From the NCBI GenBank assembly GCA_964016885.1, contig OZ024743.1, forward strand, positions 262,508,001 to 262,572,000: a stretch of DNA of 64,000 nucleotides. The letters run 5' to 3'. Below the pieces are notes generated by a model. The model was given only the letters and a program-made list of their open reading frames with translations, did not search any database and was not told the origin of the DNA. A program made the translations under genes and the position numbers. Shown here piece after piece: positions 37,245-49,745 of this stretch (the first letter of the stretch is position 1; each line of letters starts with the position of its first letter). The stretch is from Eledone cirrhosa (Eukaryota).

Positions 37245-38560
37245 TTCTTTTTCTTCTTCTTCTTCTTCTTCTTCTTCTTCTTCTTCTTCTTCTTCTTCTT
37301 CTTCTGCTTCTTCTTCTTCTTCTTTTCCTTTTCTTTTTCTTTTTCTTTTTCTTCTTCTTTTTTTCTCCTCCTCCTCCTCCCACTTATTCCTGAGAGGTCC
37401 TTTCAGAAATAACTGTTTTCAACTGCTCAGGCTGGATCCCCAAGCAGGACCAGCCAAGCTCATGGATGTTATCCAACCACCTTGCTTGGGGTCTACCCCT
37501 GGGTCCCCTGCCGGTTGGTTATGCCGGTGAAATGTGTTAAGGGATTTTTTATTGAGACATTCTAACCACATCCCCATAGTATCAGAGCTGTGATCTCTCA
37601 ATTCAGAGAAGTGGAGCGTCTACTTGGAGTGACTCTCTGATCTCCATGCTATGCTCTGCATTGAGTAATGTTACTCCAAAGTCCCTTTAGAGGAACCCTA
37701 TTTCAGTTGCATGTATTCGCAATCTTATTCTTTCAGACATTACCCAAGATTCATGACTATAGAATTCATGACCATACTGAATTGAAAATAGCAAGTTTGG
37801 CTTTTACACCCAGCTCCCTTTATATGATGACAGAATGCTGAAGCTGGTGCATTACTGTACCAGTTCCTACTATTCTTGCATTTAATTCAGCCTTCTTCCT
37901 TCCCCCACTCATGAACACAGCCCCAAGATATTTGAACTTTTCCACCAGTTTCAGTGGAACTCCATTTACATGTAGAGTGCACTGTGCAGGCTTCCTTAAG
38001 AAGACAAGTGTCTCAGTTTTTGCAGCACTGATTTTCATTCCAGCCCTGCAGCACTCGGCATCAAACCTATCAATTTGAAGTAGGAGATCAGCTTCTGTCA
38101 AGTTAGATAATACCATGATATCTCCAAATTCCAGCCAACTGATTCTACACCTGCTAATTATGATACTACTTACAGCCTGGCTGTGCATATCAATCCTGTT
38201 CATGAAAATAATGAACAGGAGAGGTGACAGTATACACCCTTGGTGAGTCCAACTCCCACATTGAATGGTTTCGATTTAGCACTATTTATCCACACACAAA
38301 TACTTAGGTATTTATAGAGACATCATGGCAACAAGAAGTTGATCATCAGAACCTTCCACAGCAGGTCCCATGGAACATAGTCTACAAAGCAAGAATACAC
38401 CTCTTGGCAGTACTACCACGATTTCTCCAAGACCTGTTGCAGTGTGAATATTTGGTCGGCTGTGCTGTGTCTTGGGTGAAAACCACACTGTTCATCAGCT
38501 AGCTTGGACTCAACAATCTCCCTACATCGCTTGCCAGACACTTCGCATAGCTGTTACCAT
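37245..38560 (-). mobile_element. Decayed RTE LINE (second family) ending in a (GAA)n tail
   Basis: ORF 37820-38203: FDAECCRAGMKISAAKTETLV...LHVNGVPLKLVEKFKYLG. (TTC)n at 37245-37325. The same 3' end recurs at 63565-63740. Confidence 0.88.
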
Positions 38561-39651
38561 GCCAACATAGAAAATGGATATCAAATAATGATAATGATTG
38601 CAATATTTTACTGGTACTTTATTTTATAAACCACGGAAGAATCAAAAGCAATGATAACTTTGGGGAAATTTGAAAAAATGTAAATAAAAACTGCTGGCCT
38701 TAATTTCTAACAATTTTGCTAATGTATTGTAATAATGAAACTGTTGTTTGTGATGATGATGATAATTACTATAACAACAATGGTGATCATTTTTATGATA
38801 ACAATGATGATGATAAAGTTAAAGTGTATAAATATGTCAGTCATGATATAAGCAGACCTATGGGCAAAGGCGTTCTGAACATGACTGTCTCATTACAGAA
38901 GAAAAGAAGAAAGTTATTTAGGCTAATTAACAAAATAAATACAATGAAAAAGATACCTGCGAATGGGGAATATTTTTCAGGTACAATAGAAAATAGTAAT
39001 TTGATTCAAGCTTGCAATTGAGAAGATACTGTTTTACTTGATTGAGAAATAGCAGAATGTGAGTGAGCCAAGTATTTTCTTGAGAAACAACAGAAAGTTA
39101 GATTGCATTAATATTGCAACCATGGCTGAGTTTGTTTTGTTTCAGCTGCCTTGGGTATATACATTTTTTTGGTGGTATTTTTGGCTTCCAATACAAACAC
39201 GGCAATATATATAATTTAGAACATAAACATTCTTGTAGCATAATTCTGCAAGTTAATTCAATCAAAATAGTACCAACATCAACATAATCACCGTCATAGT
39301 GGAATATTTCTCACTTGAATAACAATCAAGTATATAAGAAAACACGCGAAAAGTATGCTTAAACACATACACAAAGACACAGGCATACATACACTAAGAC
39401 ACTCATATATATGCATAGATATATAGAGAAATACATATATATATACATACATATATATATTTTATTTATATATATATATATATATACATATATATCATCA
39501 TCATTGTCATTGTTTTAATGTCCGTTTTCCCTGCTAGCAAGGGTTGGGTGCTAGCTATATTTATACATATATATATATGTATATATATGTATATGTATAT
39601 ACGTGTATCTATCTACCTATCCGTCTCTCTCTCTATCTATCTATCTATCTA

Positions 39652-39773
39652 TCTTGTTTTATTTTTATATAGTTTATTGTTATTTATCATTGTTAAAGAT
39701 TTTATGTAAAACCCCCGCCGTCACGTCTTGTAATGTCCCATTTTTGTACGCCCCTGTGGCAAATAAAGAAAGA

Positions 39774-39775
<2 letters not shown>
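39652..39775 (+). mobile_element. L1/Tx1-type 3' tail inside a (TATC)n tract
   Basis: TGTAAAACCCCC...TGTCCCATTTTTG..GCCCCTGTGGCAAATAAAGAAA resembles 2136-2195. (TATC)n lies on both sides. Confidence 0.65.
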
Positions 39776-39806
<31 letters not shown>

Positions 39807-40257
39807 CTTTCTCTCTCTCTATATATATATATGACAGAAAATAAATCAGCAATATATTTTTACAGTCTTGTACAAGCATGCAAATAGTCACACATGAAGA
39901 AATATCCTCATACTCTTAAGTATACCTCCTTCACTAAATACCAGCAGTTTGAGTAGCTGTGCACCAAATCAACTTAGGAGAAGAAGACATCATAAATATG
40001 TTAAAATGAGCCAGAGAAACCTTCAGCTTCATGTCATCATATGCACCTCCACCAGATGTAATTCCACATTGCACTATAAGTTTCTAAATCATTTGTGTAT
40101 AGTTCTTACAAGACAAGTAAATGTAGTTTGAAAAATTTACGAGGTGTATACTATATACATATATAAATAGAGTCTGCAGTGCTGAGACAGAGGAGACCAC
40201 TAATTATGTGAGTACTCCATATATGGAGAAATGTAGAGTGGGTATAAATATATATAT

Positions 40258-40363
40258 AATCCCGACTGCAGCACCAAGTGGTTTAGGCTTGTTTGTTCTG
40301 CAAGCCCTTAAAAAGGCTTGCTGAACACATAAGCCAGAACTGCTTGGCACCGCAGGCGGGATT
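40258..40363. repeat. Imperfect inverted repeat, 49-bp arms and 8-nt loop
   Basis: 40258-40306 aligns with the reverse complement of 40315-40363 without gaps, with about 11 differences. Confidence 0.85.
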
Positions 40364-40667
40364 TTACATATCTCTCTCTCTATATATATATATGTGTATA
40401 TATATATATACATGAGAAGATAAATAAAATTTCGTTTGTGTAAATCAAATCAACTATGCTTGAGGTGGATGCACAAACAAAATAAATATGGAGAACTGCC
40501 TACCAAATATATTCTTCTGAACGTGTTCCTTATAGTGTGTATTATAGTTATCCAGTTAAAAATGTTATTGTCCAAACAGAAGACCTCGGAGTATTTATAA
40601 GTATAAGGAAAAACAAGAAAAAATAAGCAGCAATAAGTGGTCAAAGTGAGAAATTTATTGAGTGTTT

Positions 40668-40780
40668 AATTTTTAACATATGTTTCTGTACAATTATGTA
40701 ACTGTCTACATGTGCTGACTGTATTATACAATGCTCATTCGTATGCATTACATGACTATGGTTGCACTTCATCAGAAATA
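40668..40780 (-). ncRNA. Hammerhead-ribozyme-like motif with canonical core and enlarged stem II loop
   Basis: Minus strand: TTT-CTGATGA-a-GTGCAA(~68 nt)TTGTAC-a-GAA-ACA(ta)TGT-T-AAA, with a palindromic stem III (ACATATGT) and AATAAA shortly downstream. Confidence 0.5.
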
Positions 40781-41032
40781 AGTTAACAGGGAGGAAGAAA
40801 ACAATTTGTTATACTCTGAGGTGTGGTTACCACATTTCTGCAATAAGCATTACTGCTAACAAAACTAAAGTACAAAACATTGGTATATAGAGAAATTCAG
40901 AATCAAAATATAATATACGAATAACAAAAATAGTAAACAAAAATAGTAAACAAAAATGGTAAGCAAAAATAATAAATATCATAAATAAAGAATAAATATA
41001 TGAATTACAATAGAAATATTAAGTATAGATAT

Positions 41033-41210
41033 AATTGTTTCTACTTTTGGCACACGGCCAGCAATTATCCCAGTGTATTACTGGTACTTTATTTTATCGA
41101 CCCTGTAAGGATGAAAGGCAAAGTTAACCTCGGCGGGATTTGAACTCAGACCATAAAGGGCCGTAGCTCTTTGCTGCAAAGCATGGTGCCCGACCCTCTA
41201 CCGATACTGC
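41033..41210 (-). mobile_element. Young Nin-domain SINE (further full copies at 43908-44095 (-), 50691-50877 (+), 60088-60275 (+))
   Basis: About 185-bp near-identical copies with A/B boxes and the GCCTTTCATCCTTACGGGGTCGATAAAATAAAGTACCAGT core. Confidence 0.9.
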
Positions 41211-41590
41211 CATAGATATAATATTTGTAAGTGAGGGGAGGGATTACAACATAAATGACCAATGAGAAGAATATTAGTTGTAAGTAGAGAGAGTTTAGAA
41301 AAAGGAAGGAATAAGGCTGGTCAAAAAAACCTACTTAATTCATATATTGTGGATAGGGGGAGGAAAAAGAAGAGAAAATAGAAAAAGAGAGGGGGCAAGA
41401 GTGACCAGAGATAAGATATTGTTGAAAGGCTATAAATTAGTTTTTATTTCAATAGAAACTAACAACAGAAAGGACAAGTGGGTACTGTTCAAAGTACTCA
41501 ATGCAGTTACGAGGAGGTCCGTCTCCTGTTAGGTTGTACATATACTTCAGCACTGACTTCAGTTCTACTTATTCTCATATTCTCATATTA

Positions 41591-41655
<65 letters not shown>

Positions 41656-42169
41656 GGTTCATTTATAATGTAGATCAACAATAGGGAAGTTGTTGTACCC
41701 TTGATGTAACTGAGGAGTCCTCTTGACACACTTTCATATGGCTTCTGTAGCTGGATTCCCTTCCTGGTATCAACCACCATATGCGGGGCATTTTTCGTGG
41801 TATCAGCACTAGATAGGTTGCTGTGTAGTAACTGGATGACCCTCTCAACCATTTTTTAGTTTGGTTTGTACACCTAGAAGCCCTTATTAACATCAACCAC
41901 TTTCTCCAACCCCTTTCCCCACTGTCACATGTGTTAGGTAGATTTTCTCTGAATTTGTTGTTAGCTGAGGATTTTTTCAGCTTCCATGTCCTTCTCTAGA
42001 TCAGCTGTTGTCTCCAAATCCATGTGGCCCTTCTTGACTCCTCTTCAATTTCTTGTACTAATCTGCTAACATCGATATACATGCACACACATACACACTT
42101 GTGTGTATGTATATGTTTGTATGTATGATGTATGTGTGTGTATATATTTATATAAGAAGATGAGAAGTA

Positions 42170-42532
42170 TTATAAACATATTTGATGGATGTGCAATGTT
42201 AATGTGAGAGAATGGCAGAGATTTGATGAACCGAGGGAGAAACTGGGTTTAAGGGTTATCAGAAGTGGTGTGCAAAGAGAAGACTGCATTGGTATGGATA
42301 TATGATGTGCATGGATGATGATCGCTAGATGAAGAAGTGCCAGGAAATCCCAACAGAAGGAAGCCTCAGTAGGGGAGGACGAAGGAAGACCTGAGCAGAG
42401 GTGGTGAGAGTTTATCACAAATCCAAGAAACTCACCGAGGAGATGACAAAGGAACGAATGAGTGGTGAGATGCTATCCTGAAAACGACCCATCCAACCCA
42501 TGCAAGCATGCAAAAATGACAATGATGATGAT
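42170..42532 (+). mobile_element. Decayed RTE 3' end
   Basis: WMCNVNVREWQRFDEPREKLGLRVIRSGVQRE..., ending CCAACCCATGCAAGCATG..(GAT)n. Confidence 0.8.
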
Positions 42533-43299
42533 GTAACTAGTGTGTTGAGAAGTAGCTATAAATGGACCAGTGTACATATTTGTGCAACAGATGGAGGCAC
42601 ATGGCTTAGTGGTTAGAGCATTGGCCTTGCAATCGAAAGGTTGTGAGTTCAATTCTCAGACCGGGTGATGTGTTGTTTCCTTGAGCAAGACAATTTATTT
42701 CACATTGCTCCAGTTTACTCAGCTGTAGAAATGAGATGATAGGACTGGAGTCCTATCATTCCACTGCAAAGTGGTCGTGGAGGTGCCACGGCAAAAAAAA
42801 GGACCAAAAAGGACCCAGCACTCACTGTAAATGAGGTTGGTGTTAGGAAGGGCATCCAGCTGTAGAAATCAAACCAGAATCAGTTCCCTTCCCACCCTTG
42901 CAAGCAGGGAGAAGCGGATGTAAAATGATGATGATGATGATATGTGCTCAATATGAATATACTATGATACGTGCTCATATAAAATTATGAAGTTTATTCA
43001 TAATATATGAGCATAATATATGAGCACATGCTATATAGCTACTTCATGGAGATTACATAAGAACACATGATTAAGTGAAAGTGAAAATAGTTTTACATCG
43101 TTTGAAAGTATTATTAAACAATTTTGAACCAATTAACCACCTACTTCTGCCATTTAAAAATAAGTATAAACTGGAGTTTGAGAAGTTAAACCAACAATGG
43201 AAATAAAGTTATTCTTATAATGTGTGGAAACTAATGTTCCTCGATGCAACCTGCACATCTAAATAAAAATATTACCAATATTCACTATATTAGCAATAT

Positions 43300-43880
43300 T
43301 TACAAAAATATTTGAAATTCGATTTTATTCCCTTTAATTTCTAATGTTGTGAGGAAAAGACAGTTGGAAATGTTGCAACAAAGTCTTTATAGACCACCAT
43401 GAGATGATACATTCAGATAAATTACACAAATATCTTCAATTTTTAAGACACCAAATGAAAGGTTTGGAAAATATCCAACGTTAATGTCTCTTTAAGTTGC
43501 TGTCCCAAGTTAAAAGAGAAATAGAGGCCACTGAGAATATATATTTTAATATAACAAAAAAATGACTGCCACATACAATTGGTGAGAATATTATTAAACC
43601 TGATGTAAAGGAAGTCATAGAAACTGTTATGAAGAAGAAATTTAAACTTATTCTTAAGATTATTCCTTTGTGTGATAATACAGTAAAGTGTCTTATTGAT
43701 GATGCTGTAAAAAATGTTGAAAAGACAGTAACATAAAAACTACAGTAGTGTAAGTTTTCTATCAAGATAGATGGGTCAACATTTAGATGTTTTAATATTC
43801 TATTTATAATGCTGTAGTTCATGTTGATGAATAACTTAAATTTGAAATTATTTCCTTTTTCTGAAAGGGTACTTGAGAAG
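43300..43880 (+). pseudogene. Decayed hAT (Buster/Charlie/ZBED5-like) transposase
   Basis: ITKK*LPHTIGENIIKPDVKEVIETVM...IIPLCDNTVKCLIDD...KFSIKIDGST matches the PHTIGE..I.P / IPLSDNTV.RRI / FS.Q.DEST blocks. Confidence 0.85.
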
Positions 43881-45249
43881 AAAATGCCACTTATAGTAAT
43901 AATATTACAATTGTTTCTACTTTTGGCACAAGGCCAGCAATTATCCCAGTGTATTACTGGTACTTTATTTTATCGACCCCATAAGGATGAAAGGCAAAGT
44001 TAACCTCGGCGGGATTTGAACTCAGAATGGCAAGGGCCGTAACTCAATACGTCAAAGCATGGCGTCCAACCCTCTACCGATACTGCCAATCCACCAATAG
44101 CTGTTAAATGGGGTGACAGATTATGACTACCATTGGAGGATATACTGGGATTTGAACTCAGAATGTATCTATGTATGGTCCCATACCTCCTGATAGAGTC
44201 GTAGGAGTGCCATATTGACATACAGTGTTTCTTGGGCATTTTAAGCCTGGTGGAGCTCATCCCCCTCCAGGCCTGAGTACAGCAGATTTCTTCCAGAGAA
44301 AGATAGAAAGTAAGAGAGATTAAATGAGAAAGAGATATAGAGGAAGAATCGACCTCAGTACTAGACTGGTACATTTTTTATCGACCTCAAAAGGATGAAA
44401 GGCAAAGTTGACCTCGGCGGGATTTGAACTCAGAGAGCAGATAGCTGGAATGAATACCATAAGGCATTTTATCTGATGCTCTAATGACTGCCAATTCACA
44501 AAAATTCTTCTGCATAAAATAATTTAAAATAAATTTAATTTTAAGCGAAAGAGACTTCTTAATTAATTATCAACAGAAGTGCAAATTATATGCAAATTAG
44601 TATGTCCATTTCAGCATAATACTAAGAGCAAATTGGTATATAAGCCCACCTAATATATGTTTCCTTGTGGTTGTTTGGATGATATACATACCTTTTGATG
44701 ATGGTTCAATTAGGTTTGAAAATCGATTAAAGATGGTTATCATTTTTTCAATTTATGGGGAAATTCGTATTTTCTGGCATGTTTACAAGCCTACATATTA
44801 GATATGTGTATATTTATATACACATTGATGCATAAACACTCTGTATGTATAACTTTATATATATACATGCATGCTGATGCCAATTATTTTCCATATTGGA
44901 GCTTATATTCCCTGTTATTAGACCATTTTCTTAGACAAAATACAGTAGAAAGCTTCTAATTCAATTTTCAAATTTTCCTTCACCACTGTATTCTAAACAC
45001 ATATGCTGATACACACACACACTCACATATTCTATTACATGTTTCAGCCATGTCTATATATATATACACACACGTGTGTGTGTGTGTGTGTGTGTGAATG
45101 TGGGTGGGTGTATGTATACACACATACTGCTACTAAATTATTTTATCAGTATACACATGTCATCTTTCATTATTTAGTGTTCCTCTAAGTACCGATAACA
45201 AACTTTACAGATAATATTGACAGCCAATTAATTATATCATCCATGATTT

Positions 45250-46432
45250 CACACTTTGCTAACCCTCATCTCCTGTCTCTGACTAGATGTAAAGATATAT
45301 GTACATGTCTTACCACCTCACAGCATCACCTTCTGTATTATGCTTCTCTGACCATTGATGAAAGTGCAAATATATTCACCACATCATTGTGACATCCTTT
45401 GACTCTTCTGCTTCTCTGATTATTGATAAAAACATAGCTTCCATCACAGCACCATTTCATGTATTCCACCTCTCTGGCCATTAATAACAAACATAGCTAT
45501 ATTTATTGTTCCTTTATGTCACCACCTCATGTATACTACTTCGTTGACGACTGTTGAAGATAGACATATATTCAATATTCTATAAAGTCATCACTTTGTA
45601 TATTCTATTTCTCTGGGCCACTGATAAAGACAGTTATATTCACCATTTCATCATTGTATCACTTCATAACTTCGATTTTTAATGCTAAAGACATTTATAT
45701 TCATCCTTCTAACATGGTGCTGTCACACAACTTCTGTCTCTCTATCTACTTTTGAAGATACAGCTAAGTTATATTCAATATTATATTACTAACTGGCTCT
45801 GTGCCGTCAAAAATGGCGGCTAATTGTAATATCTATACATAATATAAAAAAAGAGAAGTTTGTTTGTTGGTTGGTTGGTTGGTTCCTTCACACTCACTCT
45901 CACAAGTGATACAAACATACAAACACACAGCTATGACAAATTTTAGAACGCTGGACTCCTATGGTTTCTCACCCCCGTTTCCTCAGTCATCACATAGATG
46001 AGTGTATTAGACACCCCTTCCTTCCTCAGTCGACTTAATCACTCCTTCCTTCCTCAGTCGATGTAATCACTCCTTCCTTCCTCAGTCGATGTAATCACTC
46101 CTTCCTTCCTCAGTCGATGTAATCACTCCTTCTTTCCTCAGTCGATGTAATCACTCCTTCCTTCTTCAGTTATCTCTAATGTGTGTCGAACAAATACAAA
46201 GCGTATTATATATTAGTAGATGGTACCACCTCATAACTTCTGCCTCCCTATCTACTTTTGAAGATACAGCTAAATTATATTCAATATTATATCAAGGTAC
46301 CTCCACATAACTAGTGTCTCTCTATCTACTTTTGAAGATCCAGTTTAGTTATATTCAATATTATGTTATGGTACCACCCCATAACTTCTGTTTCTCTATA
46401 TACTGTTGAAGATACAGCTAAGTTATATTTAG
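45250..46432. repeat. Old degenerate tandem repeat (about 60-75-bp unit), split by a Helitron
   Basis: The best copies, ATGGTACCACCTCATAACTTCTG..TCTATCTACTTTTGAAGATACAGCTAAGTTATATTCAATATTAT, start at about 45714, 46220, 46295 and 46368. Copies upstream are more diverged. Confidence 0.8.
45789..46220 (-). mobile_element. Non-autonomous Helitron with internal 28-bp minisatellite (46021-46170)
   Basis: Minus strand begins TCTACTAATATATAAT and ends with hairpin GCCGCCA-tttt-TGACGGC...TTAG. It is inserted between A and T with no TSD, and removing it restores the host repeat unit. Confidence 0.85.
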
Positions 46433-46879
46433 AACAAATTTTTGTATTCCTTCCTGCCACTTGCTCTAACAGTGATATTGTATGTTTGATCTCCACTTCG
46501 ATCACAGAAGACTAACACAAACACTACAGCTACTATTATGGCAGTAATGCACAAAAGGCATTCTGATGTACAATTTCACATGGATGAAGCTCCAGACTTT
46601 TTTCCCATTGATGAGGTTGCAGTACATCTGGCTGTTGAAGGTTCGTGAATGCACTTTAATAGACAGATCATGCAAGAGAAACTATGCAGTCTGGGTGACT
46701 ATTAATTTCTTATTAATCAAATCCCTCCTTTTTTGTATCTATTGAGTCAACTCTGACTTGAATAATTCTTTCGGTTTTTTTTCATTAAGTGAAAGGATAT
46801 TCAATTTTAATCAATTTAATCCATGTGGCCACTAGGCTAACAACAGTGATTGATTTTATAAATACTCATATCATTATTG

Positions 46880-47600
46880 GTAGATTGGCAGTATCTGTAG
46901 AGCGTCGGAGACACTGCTTCATGGCATAGAGTTATGGCCCTTTACGTTCTGAGTTCAAATCTCGCCAAGGTTTGCTTTGCCTTTCATCCTTATGGGGTTG
47001 ATAAAGTACCAGTAATGCACTGATTTTAATTTAATCGACTTACCCCTCCCCCCAAAATTGCTGGTCTTGTGCCTATAATAGAAACTATTATTATTATCAA
47101 ATCCCACCGAGGCTAACCTTGCCTTTCATCCTCATGGGGTCGATAAAATAAGGTACCAGTAATGCACTGGAGACAATTTGACTCCCCCACCCCAATTGTT
47201 GGCCTTGTGTCCAAATCAGAAACCTGTCAAACGTCAGCCAATATGATTTGCGGTATAGAGTTACGTCCCTTTGCATTCTGAGTTGAAATCTTGCCAAGGT
47301 TAGCTTTGCCTTTCATCCTTACGGGGGCGATAAAATAAAGTACCAGTCAAGCACTGGGGTCGATTAAATCGACTTTCCCCTCCCCCAAAATTGTTGGCCT
47401 TGTGCCTATATAAGAAACCATTGGTGAATTGGCAGTATCAGTAGAGGGCTGGACGCCATGCTTTCTAGCATAGTTACGTCCCTTTACAATCTGAGTTCAA
47501 ACGAGGTTAACTTTGCCTTTCATCCTTACGGGGTCGATAAAATAAAGTACCAGTAATGTACTGGGTAATTGCTGGCCTTGTGCCTAAAGTAGAAACAATT
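46880..47600. mobile_element. Cluster of four Nin-domain SINE copies (+,-,+,+)
   Basis: Core motif at about 46975, 47115, 47305 and 47510. Each copy ends GGCCTTGTG..AGAAAC. Orientation and boundaries of the second copy were judged by eye and may be a same-strand partial copy. Confidence 0.75.
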
Positions 47601-47650
<50 letters not shown>

Positions 47651-49488
47651 CAAAGATGTGTGGCTATGCCAAAATGTAACTTGTGAGTTATGTCGGCATA
47701 GCCACGCATCTTTCCAGCTCTTTCAAAATCTCATAAATTCGATATTATGTGAAATATTATGTGAGGTAAAGCCTTTACCATGAAAATACAATAGTATATA
47801 TAGAGTAATGTGAATGCTAAAGGGTTAATGTCTTTTTTTATATGTGTGTATGCTATATATGTGATCTATACACAATAATTGTTTAGAAACAAGTAAACTT
47901 GGAAGTATATATACAACCAAAAGTATCCCAGCCATGACCATCTTGTTTTGTAAGTGGAATCTAGGACTAATTTATCTCATGTGACCTTTTTTTAGGCAAC
48001 CAGGTGGGTATTAGAGTGAAGATTGGCTACTATTTCTAGCTAGCCATGTGGTCATGTAGAGGATTTCTCATTGAATTAGTATATGTAGAATATATTATGA
48101 ATATATTTGAACATGCTTGTAGTTGTGTAATATGTTGTGTGTATAGATGGTATTATGTGTGTTCAGATAAGGCCTGCTCTCAAAGATAGCCAAATATGGT
48201 TTGTTGGTGTCTGACACATGCGTTATCAACATATACACTGGCTTATAACTTCTGCTGTAATTAAGGAAGCTATTATACCACAACACCTCTACCACCATTA
48301 CCAGCACTAGACACACCTTATAATGGCAGTTTTGGAGAGATTTTCTAGGAGCTTTATTAGCTTTTTTTGTCTCATTGAAGCAAAGTTTTCTTCTTCGACT
48401 CAGGGTTTTTATTCCACCCTTTTTCTGACATCTAACCCCTAAAACTGGCAGCAGGATTTTCAACTGATAACCTAATTATATCCCTGAAGTGGCAAGGTGA
48501 GGCAGGATGTATAGTAAATAAAGACATGCATGATTAATAGCATTTGTTCCAAACAATAAGAGAATAACAAAGAGTCTAAATATGTTACATGTGTGTGTAT
48601 ATATATATATATATTTGAGTGTGTGTGTGTGTGTCTATCTGCATATAATTTATTATTTCACTTGCAAGAAATAAAAACCAAATTTCACACAAATCACGCC
48701 CCATAAAAAAAGAGAAAAACAGGGATACATTGAAGTCCTAGATAAAATGTGTTTGACTAAAAGATTGAACGATCACAGCTGGAAATACTGTTGATCATAG
48801 TTTTCTTAAATTAGAGCTTAACAATAAGACTATATATATATATATATATATATCATGCTAGCATGGAAGATGGACATTAAACGATGATGATGATGATGAT
48901 GTATATATATATATATTGTATGTATATATACATGTGTATATATATATTTGTATGTATATATATATATATGTATGTATATATATATGGAGGCACATGGCTT
49001 AGTGGTTAGAGCATTGGCCTTGCAATCGAAAGGTTGTGAGTTCAATTCTCAGACCGGGTGATGTGTTGTTTCCTTGAGCAAGACACTTTATTTCACATTG
49101 CTCCAGTTCACTCAGCTGTAGTCCCTATCATTCCACTGCAAAGTGGTTGTGGAGGTGCCATGGCAAAAAAGCACCCAGCACTCACTGTAAATGAGGTTGG
49201 TGTTAGGAAGGGCATCCAGCTGTAGAAATCAAAGCCAGAATCAGTTCCCGTCCCACCCTTGCAAGCAGGGAAAAGCGGACGTAAAATGATGATGATGATA
49301 TATATATTTGTATGTATATATATGTATATATATATATACGTGTATGTATGTATATATATATTTTTCCACATTAGCATGGGTTATATATGTTGTCCTGTTG
49401 TGGGCAATGCTAGGTCAGGCGACCATGTCTTGCTCATACAAAACTGATTTTGGGTTGGTTTGTACACCTGGATGCCCTTCCTAACGCC

Positions 49489-49524
<36 letters not shown>

Positions 49525-49528
49525 TACA

Positions 49529-49745
49529 CATGAGGGTTGGTTGAAAAGTACATAGACTGAAAAGTTCATAGGCTGACCAAGATACTCTTGTGGAATGACC
49601 AAATGAGGTTAATTTTCAACATAGTCTTTGGAAAGAAACAATGTAGTTATTAATAAGAAGAGTTGAAATGAATGCATGCAACATTTCTCAGCTCTAGCAT
49701 CAATCCTTCATAGTCTGCCTATGAACTTTTCAGCTGACCCTTGTA
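49529..49745. mobile_element. Tc1/mariner-type MITE
   Basis: TIRs TGAGGGTTGGTTGAAAAGT.CATAG.C.GA / GCCTATGAACTTTTCAGCTGACCCTTG-TA. Confidence 0.8.

Noticed and set aside
37180-37530. Poly-Lys/Arg, poly-Phe and poly-Ser ORFs
   Set aside because: Translations of the (GAA)n tail of the minus-strand RTE.
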